64,000 bases of DNA from an uncultured archaeon (GTDB taxonomy: Archaea; Thermoproteota; Nitrososphaeria; Nitrososphaerales; Gagatemarchaeaceae), in the NCBI GenBank assembly GCA_963799775.1, contig CAWCYD010000003.1, positions 1,472,001-1,536,000 on the forward strand, read 5' to 3'. The notes below the pieces were generated by a model that did no database searches, was not told the origin of the DNA, and saw only the letters and a program-made list of their open reading frames with translations. Positions 9,954 to 19,929 of the stretch are shown in pieces (the stretch's first letter is position 1; every line of letters starts with the position of its first letter). A program made the translations under genes and the position numbers.

Positions 9954-10172
9954 TAGGCTCAGCAGGGATAGCTCGGGATTGTACCTTCCTCGCGATCCTC
10001 GGATGACTCCCGACACTTGACCCAGGGGCAATTTCACGATACTAGAGACCTCCGCCTGCGCAAGCCAGCTGCTCGGTCTTTTCCGAAACACCTGGAGCAC
10101 TACGCGCCTGTCTCGACTACTAAGAGCCTCCCTCAGTCTCGATAACCTGATGTCCCGCTCATCAGATGTCAC
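9819..10172 (-). CDS. EarA/DUF1495-like winged-helix transcription factor
   Basis: ALSSRDRRVVL ... VSGVIRGSRGRYNPELSLLSLGLIE resembles the family signature RGxxxRYxxxxSLxxLGLVE. Confidence 0.72.
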   Translation of the reverse strand: MTSDERDIRLSRLREALSSRDRRVVLQVFRKRPSSWLAQAEVSSIVKLPLGQVSGVIRGSRGRYNPELSLLSLGLIEQRETGSGKTKRRAYRFSAQNQSTLDMIDHILKRYQVEEEP

Positions 10173-10475
10173 GATGCTTCAGTCATGCGGAGTGTTTTTG
10201 GGTCGGGGAGATATTTGCGCATTTGAGCATTCTCACGAAAATTGCTGTGTAATTTTCTTCTAATATCCAAGATTTTGACTTCTTCCACTCCCCGGCATGA
10301 CCAGTCAGGGAAGTGAACGCGGCGAGTCACATCCCCTAAGAAGGAAATCTGAACTCCACTTGCCATGGTCGACTAGCGGTTGCGTCCTCGCTGAGAGGGG
10401 TCGACCAAGCTCGAATTTGGTTGTTCTTTTGACCTGTCGGTGGATAAAGGGGGCTGTCAAGCACCGGGTGATGAA

Positions 10476-10604
10476 ATGAAGGTTCTGCTTGTCGCGGTAG
10501 TAGCGATTGCCTTGATTCTGCTTCCGTCCGTCTTTTGCCGCCTTGCACAAGGAAATGTTCTAAGGTATAGAACTATTAAGATAAATCCAGCAATGACAGG
10601 ATGA
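10476..10604 (+). CDS. Small signal-peptide-like ORF (42 aa) or gene remnant
   Basis: GGTGA RBS; MKVLLVAVVAIALILLPSVFC... Confidence 0.35.
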   Translation: MKVLLVAVVAIALILLPSVFCRLAQGNVLRYRTIKINPAMTG

Positions 10605-10608
10605 TAAC

Positions 10609-11157
10609 ATGCTGTCCCAGCACAATCGCGACAAGACCATTCCTATCGCCATTGTTGTTATCGCCGCTCTCATAGTTGGTGCAGTAAGCCTTGTCTTGCT
10701 TGCCCCACAGTCAAACAGATCAGCGTCATCCAGCTCGTCAACTACGGGCACAAGCTATGCGACGTGCGCGGTAAACTTCATGGGCAATGGCACATTCCTG
10801 CAAATCATCTCGGAATCGACTCAACAACCACTGACGGGCGTCTCGCTTCATGTGTCACCTGTGGCTAACGGTGACTGTTACGTTGCACAGAATCCTGCCA
10901 CGTACAACACGAACTCGTCTGGATGGGTTTCTCTGGGAGCCCTACCAGGTGGCGCCCACTTTCTGGTGTCGTTGGAATATGCAGGCACAAGCTACAACTT
11001 CTCGATACCGCAGCAATCCCTCGATGTATCTTATGCTACGCTCAGACTGCCTTCGGGAAACCTCAGTGTGACATTGTGCCTGACACTCGATACACCCCCC
11101 AGCTTTGAACCCTACAATCAGACGGGAATCGTTTCGACAACCACTGGGGTGAAGTGA
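10609..11157 (+). CDS. Membrane-anchored extracellular protein, Ig-like beta domain
   Basis: TM segment, Ser-rich linker, QPLTGVSL...TNSSGWV. Confidence 0.75.
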   Translation: MLSQHNRDKTIPIAIVVIAALIVGAVSLVLLAPQSNRSASSSSSTTGTSYATCAVNFMGNGTFLQIISESTQQPLTGVSLHVSPVANGDCYVAQNPATYNTNSSGWVSLGALPGGAHFLVSLEYAGTSYNFSIPQQSLDVSYATLRLPSGNLSVTLCLTLDTPPSFEPYNQTGIVSTTTGVK

Positions 11158-11237
11158 AGTTTCTGCTCATTATTGGAATGGCGATTCTCTCGGTACGAGC
11201 TGACATGAGGTGAATCTCAGACGATAATCTCTAGTGA

Positions 11238-11597
11238 CTAGCCGAGCTTGGCTTCAATTCTTTCCATCATTGCCCTGATGTCGGCGATGTCCCGCCCTTG
11301 ATTCAAGAGGGCCACGGCCACGACCTCCCGTCTGACTTCTCTGACCTCGCCGATGATTCTGTCCATTCCGCTCTCAATCCCTCCGATCAGTTTGTCCGAC
11401 CTATAGACTCCCATGTCAAGCTTCCCCATTCCTTTCTCGAGGTGCTCTATTCCCTTCTCCATTCTTGACATGCTGATGCCCCGCCGGTGCAGTAGGAGCA
11501 CAGTCAGGTCTTGTGAGGTCAACTTCTTTTTCGAGGCTATCCTCTGAACGCCTTTGGAGATGCGGTCCGAAACCGGTTCTTCTTTCAAGTCTGCCAT
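11238..11597 (-). CDS. Coiled-coil protein (paREP15-like)
   Basis: KKLTSQDLTVLLL followed by heptad repeats. Confidence 0.6.
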   Translation of the reverse strand: MADLKEEPVSDRISKGVQRIASKKKLTSQDLTVLLLHRRGISMSRMEKGIEHLEKGMGKLDMGVYRSDKLIGGIESGMDRIIGEVREVRREVVAVALLNQGRDIADIRAMMERIEAKLG

Positions 11598-11607
11598 CTT
11601 CCCGCGC

Positions 11608-11979
11608 CTACCCTCGCGTGAAAGCGTATTCGATGAATCTTGCAGGTTCTAGCTTCTGCGTCACTGGGTTGACCTTCAACCTGAAAATCTCGAGCGTTGT
11701 GAGACCCAAGAGCGGTTCCTCGCCATCTGGCCCAATCATTAGAGGAATTGTGTTCTCGAATCCATTTAGTTCCGCGACGGCTTCAGATACTTCACGTTCA
11801 ATGACCCTCCCATCAGCCAACTCTACTTCGGCCTTGTAGCGGGATTTGATGCCGATCTTTGTTGCTGCGGACGAAGGTATCTTCGTCAGCGTCGAACCCG
11901 TATCGACGAGCATCTCGATTTCGGCGTCGCCTTTTGGACCGAGAAGTCGCAGAGAAACGCGTGTCTCGCCCATCTTCAT
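11608..11979 (-). CDS. Retropepsin-like (clan AA) aspartic protease
   Basis: LVDTGST, LADGR, LLGLTTLE. Confidence 0.88.
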   Translation of the reverse strand: MKMGETRVSLRLLGPKGDAEIEMLVDTGSTLTKIPSSAATKIGIKSRYKAEVELADGRVIEREVSEAVAELNGFENTIPLMIGPDGEEPLLGLTTLEIFRLKVNPVTQKLEPARFIEYAFTRG

Positions 11980-12042
11980 TATCCGCGTAGAAGATTGACG
12001 GCTGATATAAGCGACTCCGTCGGAACTACACCGCTACAGCCG

Positions 12043-12996
12043 CTATGCCCTCTCTGCGGTGGTGTAGATCGACGGCGTGCTCGCGTAGGAGAGCCAAGGC
12101 TCGTACTTGGCGATCTTCCCGTGGATCGCGTCCAAGTAGGTCTGCTGGATCTTCCTCGTAATCGGGTACTTGCCGTTGCCTATCATCCTGTTGTCGACCT
12201 CCCTGATGGGCGTCACGTTCGCCGCGGTGCCGCAGAGGAAGAGCTCGTCTGCAGTGAACATGTCCTCACGCAGAAAGTCCTCTTCCTTGAACGGGATGCC
12301 GTTGTCCTTTGCTATCTGGATTATCGATTCCCTCGTGATTCCCTCTAGGACGCCTGCTGCCTTTGTGGGGGTCGTTAGGATGCCGTCCTTGACCCTGAAG
12401 ATGTTTTCCCCAGAGCCCTCGGCCACCAGGCCCCCTGTCGTCAGGAGTATCGCCTCGTCGAAGCCGGCAGAGAGCGCGTCCATCTTCGCGAGGATGGAGT
12501 TCGCGTAGTTGGCCGAGCACTTTGCATGTGGAGGAAGCGTCCTCGGGTCAATCCTGGACCAGCTGGAGACCGTGCACCTGATGCCCTTGTCCATGCCCTC
12601 GTCTCCAAGGTAGGAGCCCCACTCCCAGGCGCTTATCGCGCCGATGACCTTGTTCTTGAGCGGGTTCACGCCCATCTCGCCATAGGAGCTGAACACGATG
12701 GGGCGCACGTAGCAGTCTTTGAGGCCGTTCTCCTTCACCAAGTTCAGGCACGCCTGGACGAGCTGCTCCTCGGTGTACGGGAGATGCATCCTGTATGCCT
12801 TGGCTCCGTTCGCAAGGCGCTTGATGTGCTCCTTTAAGCGGAATATCGCAGGTTCCTTTGGCGTCGAGTTGCACCTTATTCCCTCGAAGATGGCGTAACC
12901 ATAGTGGAGGGCGTGGGTCAGGACGTGGACGTTTGCCTCGTCCCAGTCCACCAGCGCGCCGTCAAACCATATTTTCTTGGTCGGTTTCAATGCCAT
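12043..12996 (-). CDS. ilvE: Branched-chain amino acid aminotransferase
   Basis: HALHYG..FEG, AKCSANY, EGSGENIF, LEGITR. Confidence 0.95.
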   Translation of the reverse strand: MALKPTKKIWFDGALVDWDEANVHVLTHALHYGYAIFEGIRCNSTPKEPAIFRLKEHIKRLANGAKAYRMHLPYTEEQLVQACLNLVKENGLKDCYVRPIVFSSYGEMGVNPLKNKVIGAISAWEWGSYLGDEGMDKGIRCTVSSWSRIDPRTLPPHAKCSANYANSILAKMDALSAGFDEAILLTTGGLVAEGSGENIFRVKDGILTTPTKAAGVLEGITRESIIQIAKDNGIPFKEEDFLREDMFTADELFLCGTAANVTPIREVDNRMIGNGKYPITRKIQQTYLDAIHGKIAKYEPWLSYASTPSIYTTAERA

Positions 12997-13039
12997 CTAC
13001 AGTCAGCTCGAGAGGCGTGGAAAAGGCCCTAGTAGGCTA

Positions 13040-14085
13040 TTAGCGTATCGCTTCTGAGATGGCCCTTGCCACTTGGGTAGTAGTGGCCTTGCCCCCGAGG
13101 TCCGGCGTCCTTGTCCCCTTGCTGAGCACTTCGTTCACCGCCTCCCTCACTGCGGCAGCCCCTCTAGAGCAGCGGGCGACGTCCCTCGTCTTCGCAAGCC
13201 AATCCAGCATCATGGCGACTGTGAGGATCATCGCTACTGGGTTCGCAATCCCCTTCCCGGCGATGTCCGGGGCCGCCCCGTGGACGGGCTCGAATAGGGC
13301 GAAGCGCTCACCAATGTTGGCGGAAGGCGTCATGCCCAGCCCACCCACGAGCTGGGCGGCCTCGTCGGAGAGGATGTCCCCGTAGAGGTTGGTCGTGACT
13401 ATGACGTCGAAGGATAGCGGGTGCCCTGATCAGGTTCATCGCCGCCGAGTCCACCAGCATCTCGCTGAAGGAGACCTTCGGGTAGCCCTTGGAAACGTCT
13501 CTGCAAACCTGCGCAAACAGGCCGTCGCTCTTCCTGAGGACGTTCGACTTGTGGACTGCGACGACCTTTCGAGCGCCTGCCCTCTGCATGGCCATCTCGA
13601 ACGCGTACTTTGCTATCCTCTCGGAGGCTGCCTTGGTTATCGTTCTGAGTGCGACCACCCCGCCCGGGAAGTCGAACTCCTGCCCCTTGTAGAGGTCCAT
13701 CGGTGTTCTCCCTCACGATCACCATGTCGATGCCCGGCTTGAGCGAAGGGACGTTGGGAAGGCTCTTCGCAGGCCTGATGTTGGCGTAGAGGTCGAGCAT
13801 CTGCCTGAGCTTCACGATGACGTCCGCAGCCGTCTCCCCCACGGGGGCCTTGAGGCAGGCGTCAGATTCGCGGATTGATTTCAATGAGGAATCAGGAAGT
13901 GGGACTCCGGTCTTCTTCTTGCAGTTGTCTCCGGCAGGGGACTCGACGACTGAGAACCCGAGGCCCAGCTTGTCCTCGAGCGCGTCGAGGACGAGGAGCG
14001 AGGCCTTGGATATCTCGGGGCCTACACCGTCCCCCTCGATGAGGGCGATGGAGTACTTTTTCTTCGAGCCTTGCTGCTTTGGCAA
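13040..14085 (-). CDS. leuB: 3-isopropylmalate dehydrogenase (frameshifts ~13700 and ~13415)
   Basis: [37 protein letters not shown] across three frames; operon context. Confidence 0.88.
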
Positions 14086-14091
14086 GCCGTT

Positions 14092-14625
14092 CTAAGAAGA
14101 GGCCCTCATCGGCACAGCTTTTAGCTTCTGCCGGAGTCTCTCCTTGACCATCCCGAGGAACCCGCCCCTGTTCATCGACTCGATGGCCGCGTCAGTCGCG
14201 ACGATCGGATATTCGAGCCCTGTGGTGACGTCTTTGAGATTCCTCGCCTCGAGGTCTATCAGGAGCTCGTCGCCGACAGCGATCTTGCTCGTGTCGCTCA
14301 CCTGGATCGGCAGCAGGCCGTTGTTGAGGCAGTTTCGGAAGAATATGTCGGGGAAGCTCTGGGCCACGACGGCGACGACGTTGTTGTATTTTATCGCGTA
14401 GACCGCCTGCTCCCTCGAGCTGCCGCAGCCGAAGTTGTTCGCCCCCACGACGATGCTCTCCTTGTTCGCCCTGCAGGTCGGCCCGAAGGTCGGGTCGTAG
14501 CCCTCGAACGCATGGTCGGCGAAGAACTGCTTGTCCCAGCTCTCCTGGAGGATGTAGGCGGGGATGATGTAGTCGGTGTTGATGTCGTCCCCGAACTTCT
14601 TGGCCACTTTTCCCCTCATCTGCAA
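14092..14625 (-). CDS. leuD: 3-isopropylmalate dehydratase small subunit
   Basis: DINTDYIIP, NFGCGSSREQA. Confidence 0.93.
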   Translation of the reverse strand: MQMRGKVAKKFGDDINTDYIIPAYILQESWDKQFFADHAFEGYDPTFGPTCRANKESIVVGANNFGCGSSREQAVYAIKYNNVVAVVAQSFPDIFFRNCLNNGLLPIQVSDTSKIAVGDELLIDLEARNLKDVTTGLEYPIVATDAAIESMNRGGFLGMVKERLRQKLKAVPMRASS

Positions 14626-14628
14626 GTC

Positions 14629-15957
14629 TCAGTTCACACCTGATGGCAGATACTTCCTCGGGTCTGCGATCCTCCCCTCGATGGCCGTCGCGGCGGCCAG
14701 GGCGGGGACCACGAGATAGATGAAAGCCTCCGGCGAGCCCATCCTCCCCTTGTAGTTGCGGTTGCTCGTGCTCAGGCACCTGTCGCCGGGGGCGAGGATG
14801 CCCATGTGCTTGCCGAAGCAAGGGCCGCAGTTGGAGGACTCGATGTTCGCGCCCGCGTCGGCGAAGACCTTCAGGAGCCCGTTGTCCATCGCCCAGTTGT
14901 AGACGCGCCTGCTGGCGGGGATGACGATGAGGTTCGTGTTCGGGCTGACCTTCCTCCCCTTCAGGATCTTCGCGGCTATAGTGAGGTCCGCCTCGCGCGC
15001 GTTGGCACAGGAACCCAGGAAGACCGTGCTTATCGGGTCGCTCACCTCTGAGACGGGCTTTGCGTTCGCAGGGGAGTGGGGCAGGGAGACCGTGGGCTCC
15101 ACCGCGGAGGCGTCGATCTCGACGATCCTAGAGAAGTTGGCGTCGGCGTCGCTCTTGGCCATCATCCCTCGCATCTCGTCTGTCATCGGCATGCGCCTTC
15201 GCGCGAGCGCCTCGTTGACGTAAGAGAGCGTCGTGGCGTCCGGGTTGATTATCGCAGTCCTCGCGCTCATCTCCACGGAGAGGTTGCAGATCGTGAACCT
15301 CCCCTCCATGTCGAGGGCATCGATGGTCGGCCCCGTGTATTCGGCGACGCGCTTCGATGACCCGCCCTCGCCCATCATCCCGAGGATGTGTAGGACGAGG
15401 TAGTTGGCGTAGACGCCTCTCTGGAACTTGCCGCTCACCTTGAACTTGATCGTCTCCGGGACTGTAAACGAGTAGAGCTCGCCCGTCGCCAGGAGGTTCT
15501 CGCCCTCTGTGGTCCCAATCCCGAAGGCGAGGGAGCCTAGGGCGCCCTGGGTGCAGGTGTGCGAGTCGGTCGCGACAGCGATCTCCCCGGGAAGGACGAA
15601 CGCCTCCTCGGAGGCTATGGTGTGCTCGATCCCGTCGCCCTCCTTGTACATGGCTATCCCCTGGTCCTTCGCAAAGTCGGCCATCAGGCGGATGCCCTGG
15701 CTCACCTTGATGGAGCAGGAGGGGACCGTGTGGTCGGGCATGAATGCTATCCTCGAGGGGTTGAAGACCTGCATCTTCTTCCCGGACTCTGTGAAGACGT
15801 CCTCAAAGTCCTTCTCGAAGTTGAGGATGGCTGGTGGGCCTATTACCTCGTTGAAGTAGAGCTTGTCGACTGGAAGGGCCTCGATTACGTCCCCGGCCTT
15901 CGCCTTCTTCCCGATCGCACGGGAGACTATCTTCTCGGTGATGGTCGCGCCTGGCAT
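14629..15957 (-). CDS. leuC: 3-isopropylmalate dehydratase large subunit
   Basis: DSHTCT, GSCAN, CGPC, STSNRNYKGRMG. Confidence 0.93.
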   Translation of the reverse strand: MPGATITEKIVSRAIGKKAKAGDVIEALPVDKLYFNEVIGPPAILNFEKDFEDVFTESGKKMQVFNPSRIAFMPDHTVPSCSIKVSQGIRLMADFAKDQGIAMYKEGDGIEHTIASEEAFVLPGEIAVATDSHTCTQGALGSLAFGIGTTEGENLLATGELYSFTVPETIKFKVSGKFQRGVYANYLVLHILGMMGEGGSSKRVAEYTGPTIDALDMEGRFTICNLSVEMSARTAIINPDATTLSYVNEALARRRMPMTDEMRGMMAKSDADANFSRIVEIDASAVEPTVSLPHSPANAKPVSEVSDPISTVFLGSCANAREADLTIAAKILKGRKVSPNTNLIVIPASRRVYNWAMDNGLLKVFADAGANIESSNCGPCFGKHMGILAPGDRCLSTSNRNYKGRMGSPEAFIYLVVPALAAATAIEGRIADPRKYLPSGVN

Positions 15958-15978
15958 GAGATTCTTTCCTCTTTTCGC

Positions 15979-17538
15979 CTAGACCCCTTCCACCGCTGTC
16001 TGCTCTCCCTTGGCGGCGAAGGAGGTCGACGGCTGGGCCTGGAGTTTCATCGCCATGAGCGCGTTTATTCCGTTCACTATGGCTTCGACGCTGGCTACGA
16101 CGATGTCCCTCTTCAACCCGCGCCCAGAGGCGACCAAACCAGTGCTGTCCTCGACCTTGACGGAGACGTCGGCGACGGCTTGGGAGTCGCCTGTAAGCGC
16201 CTCGAGCCTGTATTCCTTGAGCTTCACTATGTCGATCGTGCTGAATATCTTCTGGATGGCGTTCACCGCGGCGTCGACAGGCCCTGACCCGACGTCCGTC
16301 GCCTCGTGCAGCTGGCCTCTGATGAGGAGCTTCACGGTGGCGCTAGGGAGGCGCTTTATCCCGGTGACGACCTCGAGGCCCTCGAGCTCGACGATGTCCG
16401 CCGTCTCTGCCTTGCCACCGCCCATTATCTGAATTGCGAGCTGGTAGAGGTCGCTGTCGGTAGTGCTCCTCCCCTGGTCGCCCATCTCCTTCACCTTCTC
16501 CACGATGAGCCTCAGGCTGTCCTCCTTCGGCTTCAGGCCCATCCCTCTCAGCTGGTAGGCGATCCCGTGCCTCCCAGCGTGCTTGCCGGCCTGGAGCCAC
16601 CTTGTCCTGCCCACCATCGCCGGGTCGAAGGGCTCGTAGGTGGACGGGTTGCTGAGTATCCCATGGGTGTGGATCCCGGACTCATGCCCGAAAGCGTTGT
16701 CGCCGACTATGGCCTTGTTCGGCTGGATCATGACGCCCGTCAGGGTTGAGACCAGACGCGACGTCTCGTAGAGAAGCGAGTAGTTGATGTTCGTCCTCAG
16801 CGCGTAGAGGTTGAAGCACCCCATCACGAACTCCTCGAGCGAGGTATTCCCCGACCTCTCGCCGATGCCGTTTATCGTGAGGTGCGCCTGGTCTGCCCCC
16901 GCGACGACACCGGCCAGGCTGTTCGCGACTGCCAGACCGTAGTCATTGTGGCAGTGGACGCTGATCATCGCGTCGGAGACGGAGCGTGCGGCCTGGACGT
17001 ATTCCGTTATCTTCTGGGGCGTCGCTATCCCGACGGTGTCGGGGATGTCGAAGCGGTCGATCCCAGCGTCGGTGACGGTCTTTACGACCTGCTTGAAGAA
17101 CGGGATCTCCGTGCGCGTCGCGTCCTCTGCAGAGAACTCGACCTTGACGCCGAAAGTCTTCGCGTAGCGGACCATGTCCGCCGACTGCTTGAGCATCTGC
17201 TCCCTCGTCATGTGGAGCTTGTGTTGGAGGTGGATGTCTGAGGATGCGAGGAAGACGTGGACGCCCTTCACGCCGCAGTTGATCGCCGTGTCGATGTCGA
17301 GCTTCTCGGCCCTTGCCAGGCCCGAGACCTCCGCCTTGAGGCCTGCCTTCGCTATCCTTCGGACGCCCTCCTGCTCGCCCTTCGATGTGATAGGGAAACC
17401 TGCCTCTATGACGTCGACGCCGAGCTTGTCGAGGGCCTCCGCTATCTCCAGCTTCTCGTCGGGTGTCAGCGAGACTCCGGGAGTCTGCTCCCCGTCTCGG
17501 AGCGTCGTGTCGAGCACGCGGATTATCCTCTCGGTCAT
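15979..17538 (-). CDS. leuA: 2-isopropylmalate synthase (citramalate synthase not excluded)
   Basis: DTTLRDGEQ, HCHND, GERSGN, C-terminal regulatory domain GPVDA. Confidence 0.88.
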   Translation of the reverse strand: MTERIIRVLDTTLRDGEQTPGVSLTPDEKLEIAEALDKLGVDVIEAGFPITSKGEQEGVRRIAKAGLKAEVSGLARAEKLDIDTAINCGVKGVHVFLASSDIHLQHKLHMTREQMLKQSADMVRYAKTFGVKVEFSAEDATRTEIPFFKQVVKTVTDAGIDRFDIPDTVGIATPQKITEYVQAARSVSDAMISVHCHNDYGLAVANSLAGVVAGADQAHLTINGIGERSGNTSLEEFVMGCFNLYALRTNINYSLLYETSRLVSTLTGVMIQPNKAIVGDNAFGHESGIHTHGILSNPSTYEPFDPAMVGRTRWLQAGKHAGRHGIAYQLRGMGLKPKEDSLRLIVEKVKEMGDQGRSTTDSDLYQLAIQIMGGGKAETADIVELEGLEVVTGIKRLPSATVKLLIRGQLHEATDVGSGPVDAAVNAIQKIFSTIDIVKLKEYRLEALTGDSQAVADVSVKVEDSTGLVASGRGLKRDIVVASVEAIVNGINALMAMKLQAQPSTSFAAKGEQTAVEGV

Positions 17539-17987
17539 CGCAACGCGCTCTCCTTTGGTAGGGCAGCCGTGCCGGTTCTCGCGATGTCGAGGACGTTCAC
17601 CCCCAACCTGTCCACGAACTCGTCAATCTGCTTGACGGACCCTACTATCTCGGCTACCACGGAGTGCTGAGACGAGTCTACTATCCTGCAACCCGAGTTC
17701 CTTTGGATCTCCGCAACGGAAATCTTGTCCGTGTTTATCTTCACAAGCGCGAGCTCTCTCGCTGTGACCTCCTCGGGGCCATAGGTGTGCGCCTCGAGGA
17801 TGTCTATGACTTTCATCAACTGCCTGGCCACGTGCTCGACGGCGGCGTCGTCCCCGCTGAGGGTCATGGTCATCCGGCATTCCTTGCCTCCGCTGCTCAC
17901 GCCTAGCGTGAGGCCCTCGATGTTGAGGCGCATCAGCCTCACTAGGTGCACCACCCGGAAAAGAGTCCCGGGCTTGTTCTCAACCAA
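17535..17987 (-). CDS. ilvH: Acetolactate synthase small subunit
   Basis: VENKPGTL ACT domain, RELALVK, IARTG. Confidence 0.92.
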   Translation of the reverse strand: MVENKPGTLFRVVHLVRLMRLNIEGLTLGVSSGGKECRMTMTLSGDDAAVEHVARQLMKVIDILEAHTYGPEEVTARELALVKINTDKISVAEIQRNSGCRIVDSSQHSVVAEIVGSVKQIDEFVDRLGVNVLDIARTGTAALPKESALR

Positions 17988-18014
17988 GGCAGATAGGACT
18001 TTCGAGGAGCATCG

Positions 18015-19742
18015 TCAAAAGACCGCCATCTCCTTTGGCGAGCCGTAGACGGTGTCCTTGATCCCCTTGCCTGGAGGGAGGAATGGGAAGACGTCCTCCT
18101 CGGGCGATACGGGGCACTCGATCACCATCGGACCGTCGAGCGTGAGGCCCTCGCGCATCGCCTTTGCGAACTCGTCGAGCGACCCCACCGTCTTCGCGTG
18201 GGCGCCGTAGGCCTCGGAGAGCTTGACAAAGTCCGGGATGTTCGGGAACTTTATCCCGATGTAGCGCCTGTTGTACATGATCCTCTGCCACTGCTCGACC
18301 ATCCCCAAGCTCCTGTCGTTGATGATCACCGAGATTATCGGGAGGTGGTGCTCTACCGCTGTCGCGAGGGCCTGCTCCGTCATGACGAAGCTCCCGTCGC
18401 CGTCGAAGTCGACCACTGGGACGTCGGGCCTGGCGAACTTGGCGCCCACTGCTGCGGGAAGACCGAACCCCATCGTCCCCAGCCCCGTGGAAGTGATCCA
18501 CGTCCTCGGCCTCAGCACCTTGTAGTGGATCTCGCACCACATCTGGTGCCTGCCGACGCCCGTGGTGAGGATGGCCTCGGGAGGCAGGATGTCCCTGAGC
18601 TTCTTGACTATCGTTGGGCCTGAGAGGTCCGCGTAGGTGTTCTTGTAGGCGGGGATCCCCTTCATCTCCTCCCTCACCTCGTTGACGCGCTTCAACCACG
18701 GGTTGTTGTTCGGGTCACTTGCTCTTGGACAGTCGCCTCGCGACCGAGTCGAAGAGCATCCCCATGACTATGTTTGCGTCGCCCAGTATCGAGAGGTCCA
18801 CCACCTTGTTCTTGTTGAACTCGGTCGGGTCGGCGTCGATGTGGATTATCTTGGCGCCAGGGGCGAACTCGGCGAAGTTCCCGGTCGAGCGGTCGGAGAA
18901 CCTCACGCCCACCGCGACCAGGAGGTCGCACTCTGAGACGAGCTTGTTCGCCTCGGCCCTCCCGTGCATCCCGATGGGGCCCAGTGAGAGCGGATGATCC
19001 TCTGGGAAGTCGCCCTTGCCTTGGAGCGTCGTGATGACGGGCGCCATCAGAAGCTCGGCGAGCGCCCCGAAGGGCTGGGCCGCGTCCGCGATCCTCACCC
19101 CGCCTCCGCCCCACAGGATGGGCCTCTCTGCCTTGACAATCATCTCGGCCGCGCGCTCCACGTCCGTCGCGTCCACGGGGACGTTGGGCCTGTAGGCGCG
19201 GACGGTGACTGAGTCGGGGAAGGTCATCTCCGCCTCTTCCTGCTGGACGTCCTTCGGAAGGTCCACGAGGACGGGTCCGGGCCGCCCGGTAGTCGCGATG
19301 TAGAAGGCCTCCTTAACGGCGAAGGGGCACTTCCGCGGGGGAGAGGGGCTGTAGAGTGTACTTGGTGACAGGCGTGGCTATCCCGATGACGTCGGTCTCT
19401 TGGAAGGCGTTCTTACCTGTCATCGCCTTGGGCACCTGGCCTGTGATCGCCACCATCGGGGAGGAGTCGGCGTACGCGGTCGCTATCCCTGTGATGAGGT
19501 TCGTCGCGCCAGGCCCTGAAGTCGCCGTGCAGACTCCCGCCTTGCGTGAGACCCTGCCGTAGGCGTCGGCCATGTGGGCGGCCAGCTGCTCGTGCCTCGT
19601 CAGGATGTGCTTGATCTTCGAGTCCCAGAGCGCGTCGTAGAGAGGAAGGCTCGCGCCTCCGGGCATGCCGAAGATGTACTCTACCTTCTCCCTCTCGAGG
19701 GGCCTCCACCGTAGCCCGTGCGCCAGACATCTTGCTTGCCAT
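18015..19742 (-). CDS. ilvB: Acetolactate synthase large subunit (several frameshifts)
   Basis: [37 protein letters not shown] across frames. Confidence 0.92.
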
Positions 19743-19773
19743 TCTATGCAATCACCAGAAATTCGAAACGCTT

Positions 19774-19811
19774 GTTGCCTCGCAAACACAAAACACCGTG
19801 TGGCGAGGAAC
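19774..19811 (-). promoter_or_regulatory. Hairpin in the ilvB leader
   Basis: Minus strand gtt-cctcgc-caca...tgtg-ttt-gcgagg-c-aac, directly after the leader ORF stop. Confidence 0.5.
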
Positions 19812-19895
19812 CTAGACTAAAACTAAGAATGCAACTGTCGAGTTGTCGAGTGAGATGCCTCCTTGACTCGAACCGAGAGTGCTAATTCGTTGCAT
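19812..19895 (-). CDS. Putative ilv/leu leader peptide [27 protein letters not shown]
   Basis: ATG ~22-30 bp downstream of TTAAATATAA (19917-19926, minus strand); ends GTT GCA TTC TTA GTT TTA GTC TAG. Confidence 0.5.
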   Translation of the reverse strand: MQRISTLGSSQGGISLDNSTVAFLVLV

Positions 19896-19929
19896 TTAAT
19901 TCCCTGCAACCCAGACTTATATTTAAGAG

